From Piedraia hortae CBS 480.64 (taxonomy: Eukaryota): 32,028 bases of DNA. Below, one piece after another: positions 30,730-32,028 of this stretch. Position 1 is the first letter of the stretch; the number at the start of each line of letters is the position of its first letter. The notes under the pieces are model-generated. The model searched no databases and was not told the origin of the DNA. It saw only the letters and a program-made list of their open reading frames with translations. The stretch spans positions 1-32,028 of the forward strand of contig MU006048.1 of assembly GCA_010093745.1 (NCBI GenBank), given 5' to 3'. The position numbers and the translations under genes are program-made.

Positions 30730-31822
30730 GAGATAATGGGGTTGCTCAGCTAAGTTAGGTACCTTGTAATGGCACGGGGTTGGCTTGGCTATTGTAATTG
30801 GTCAATGGGTGGTAGAGAGGGGTTGCTGAAAGTTTTACGAGGGTTCGAATCGAGAGTGCCTGTGAAATTGTGATAGCCACGTTTGCCCAGCGATTAGGTA
30901 CCCGAACTTCTAGGAAAGACTGTTCACCGTGGTCAGATTGGTGATGGAGTGGTACGCCACGAGTTGACTCAGGCGCAGACGTCATCGAGCTGCGGCATTC
31001 AAATGTGGAGTCCACCCTCTCACTTCCTAGGGCCAGCTTTCGTGCCGCAGACGCCAAATTTCTTTCATAGTCCTCTCTTGCGTGTCGTCTAATCGTAGGC
31101 CTAATTATTCGTACCCTCGTGGGTGGTTTCATGTTGGAATTTCAGTTCTTTCTGTAGCTCGTTGGCATACCCGCAGATAGGTAGCAGGTCTGTGAAGCGT
31201 GGGTCCAGGTCAGTGCATCTTGGATAGCCTCTTGGCTCTTTCTTCCCTAGTACTCGAGCTCGTTATCTTCTTGAACAAAAGAGGTGGAGTTGGCGAGGGT
31301 TCTTGGGATCGGTTCTGTCTGTGGGTATGATATCGGAGTATTCGACGTTATTGAAAGACAATGTGGCTATGGAAGAGGCTTAGCAAGTACGATAGAATGG
31401 GCGAAGCTTTTATGATATAGGAGTGAGCACCTGGCCAAGCATGCATGGAAAAATGAAATAGATGGAGACGCAGACTTTACGATGGTATCTGTTGGTAATG
31501 CGAGTTTCCCGCGAGACCCAAGACTTACTGCACCTCTGTTAACTTTTGGCAAGGTCTGGGATGCTTAGATGGGGAAAAAATCAGTCGGTGTCAGTAAACG
31601 GGGTCCATGATAGTCCAAGATCACGACGACCAAGGGGAGCGATTGATAGTCAATAGGATAGTCGTCGAGGAGGCAAGGAAGGGGATGGTTGATGACAACA
31701 GCTACTACAACTAAAGTGATCACTATCAACTGTGTGCACCACACATTGAGTCTTTCTAAATACAAATTCCCCATGTGCTCCCGCTAGTCGTTCTGTGATC
31801 ATTCTAGATTGACATCCGGCGG

Positions 31823-32028
31823 CTAGTTCGGCCTTTGATTCTTGCGCAACTCCTCTTGTAGACTCTCATATTGACGTTGGAAGAACTCGATTTGTTGCAA
31901 AGGAGCGCGCTTGTCTCCCTGAGCGTCTTCCCTCATCTGCTGCAACTGTTGCAGCAACCTCTCGTTCTCTGCGACTTTACTCGCAATCACTTCATCCTTA
32001 TCCACACGCACTTGCTGAACTTGCTGCT
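31823..32028 (-). CDS. Possible 3' end of a coiled-coil protein gene entering from the right edge
   Basis: Frame open to the window edge: QQVQQVRVDKDEVIASKVAENERLLQQLQQMRED...QRQYESLQEELRKNQRPN*; Q/E/L heptad-like composition. Confidence 0.4.
   Translation of the reverse strand, partial: QQVQQVRVDKDEVIASKVAENERLLQQLQQMREDAQGDKRAPLQQIEFFQRQYESLQEELRKNQRPN

Noticed and set aside
26313..31774. Short ORFs at 26313-26585, 30755-31132 and 31565-31774 as genes
   Set aside because: No recognisable motifs or splice support; they cannot be distinguished from chance or decayed sequence.

Overview
Eukaryotic DNA from a filamentous ascomycete-like fungus (46-59 nt GT-AG introns). A very compact gene island (10487-26167) holds seven genes: a histidine phosphatase/PGM-family protein, CDC37, a 2OG-Fe(II) oxygenase, an Frm2/Hbn1-like nitroreductase, a 711-aa disordered orphan, vacuolar protease B (PRB1/Alp2 type) and a 2419-aa BEACH/WD40 protein. 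Dead, nested transposons flank the island (about 1.0-10.4 kb and 26.9-30.7 kb): hAT, CMC/CACTA-type and probable MULE transposase relics, a Ty3/gypsy remnant and at least six families of solo-LTR-like insertions, several with exact 5-bp target-site duplications (TSDs). The 5' part of a NACHT/NLR-type gene lies at the left edge. Most notable: (i) the island is bracketed both by inverted hAT 3' ends and by direct solo LTRs; (ii) two diverged repeat pairs contain sharply bounded near-identical tracts suggesting ectopic gene conversion; (iii) coding strands alternate between kb-scale C-rich and G-rich blocks; (iv) tandem genes are only 57-135 nt apart. I found no clearly novel protein system. All family calls come from motif recognition and all alignments were done by eye, not by database search.
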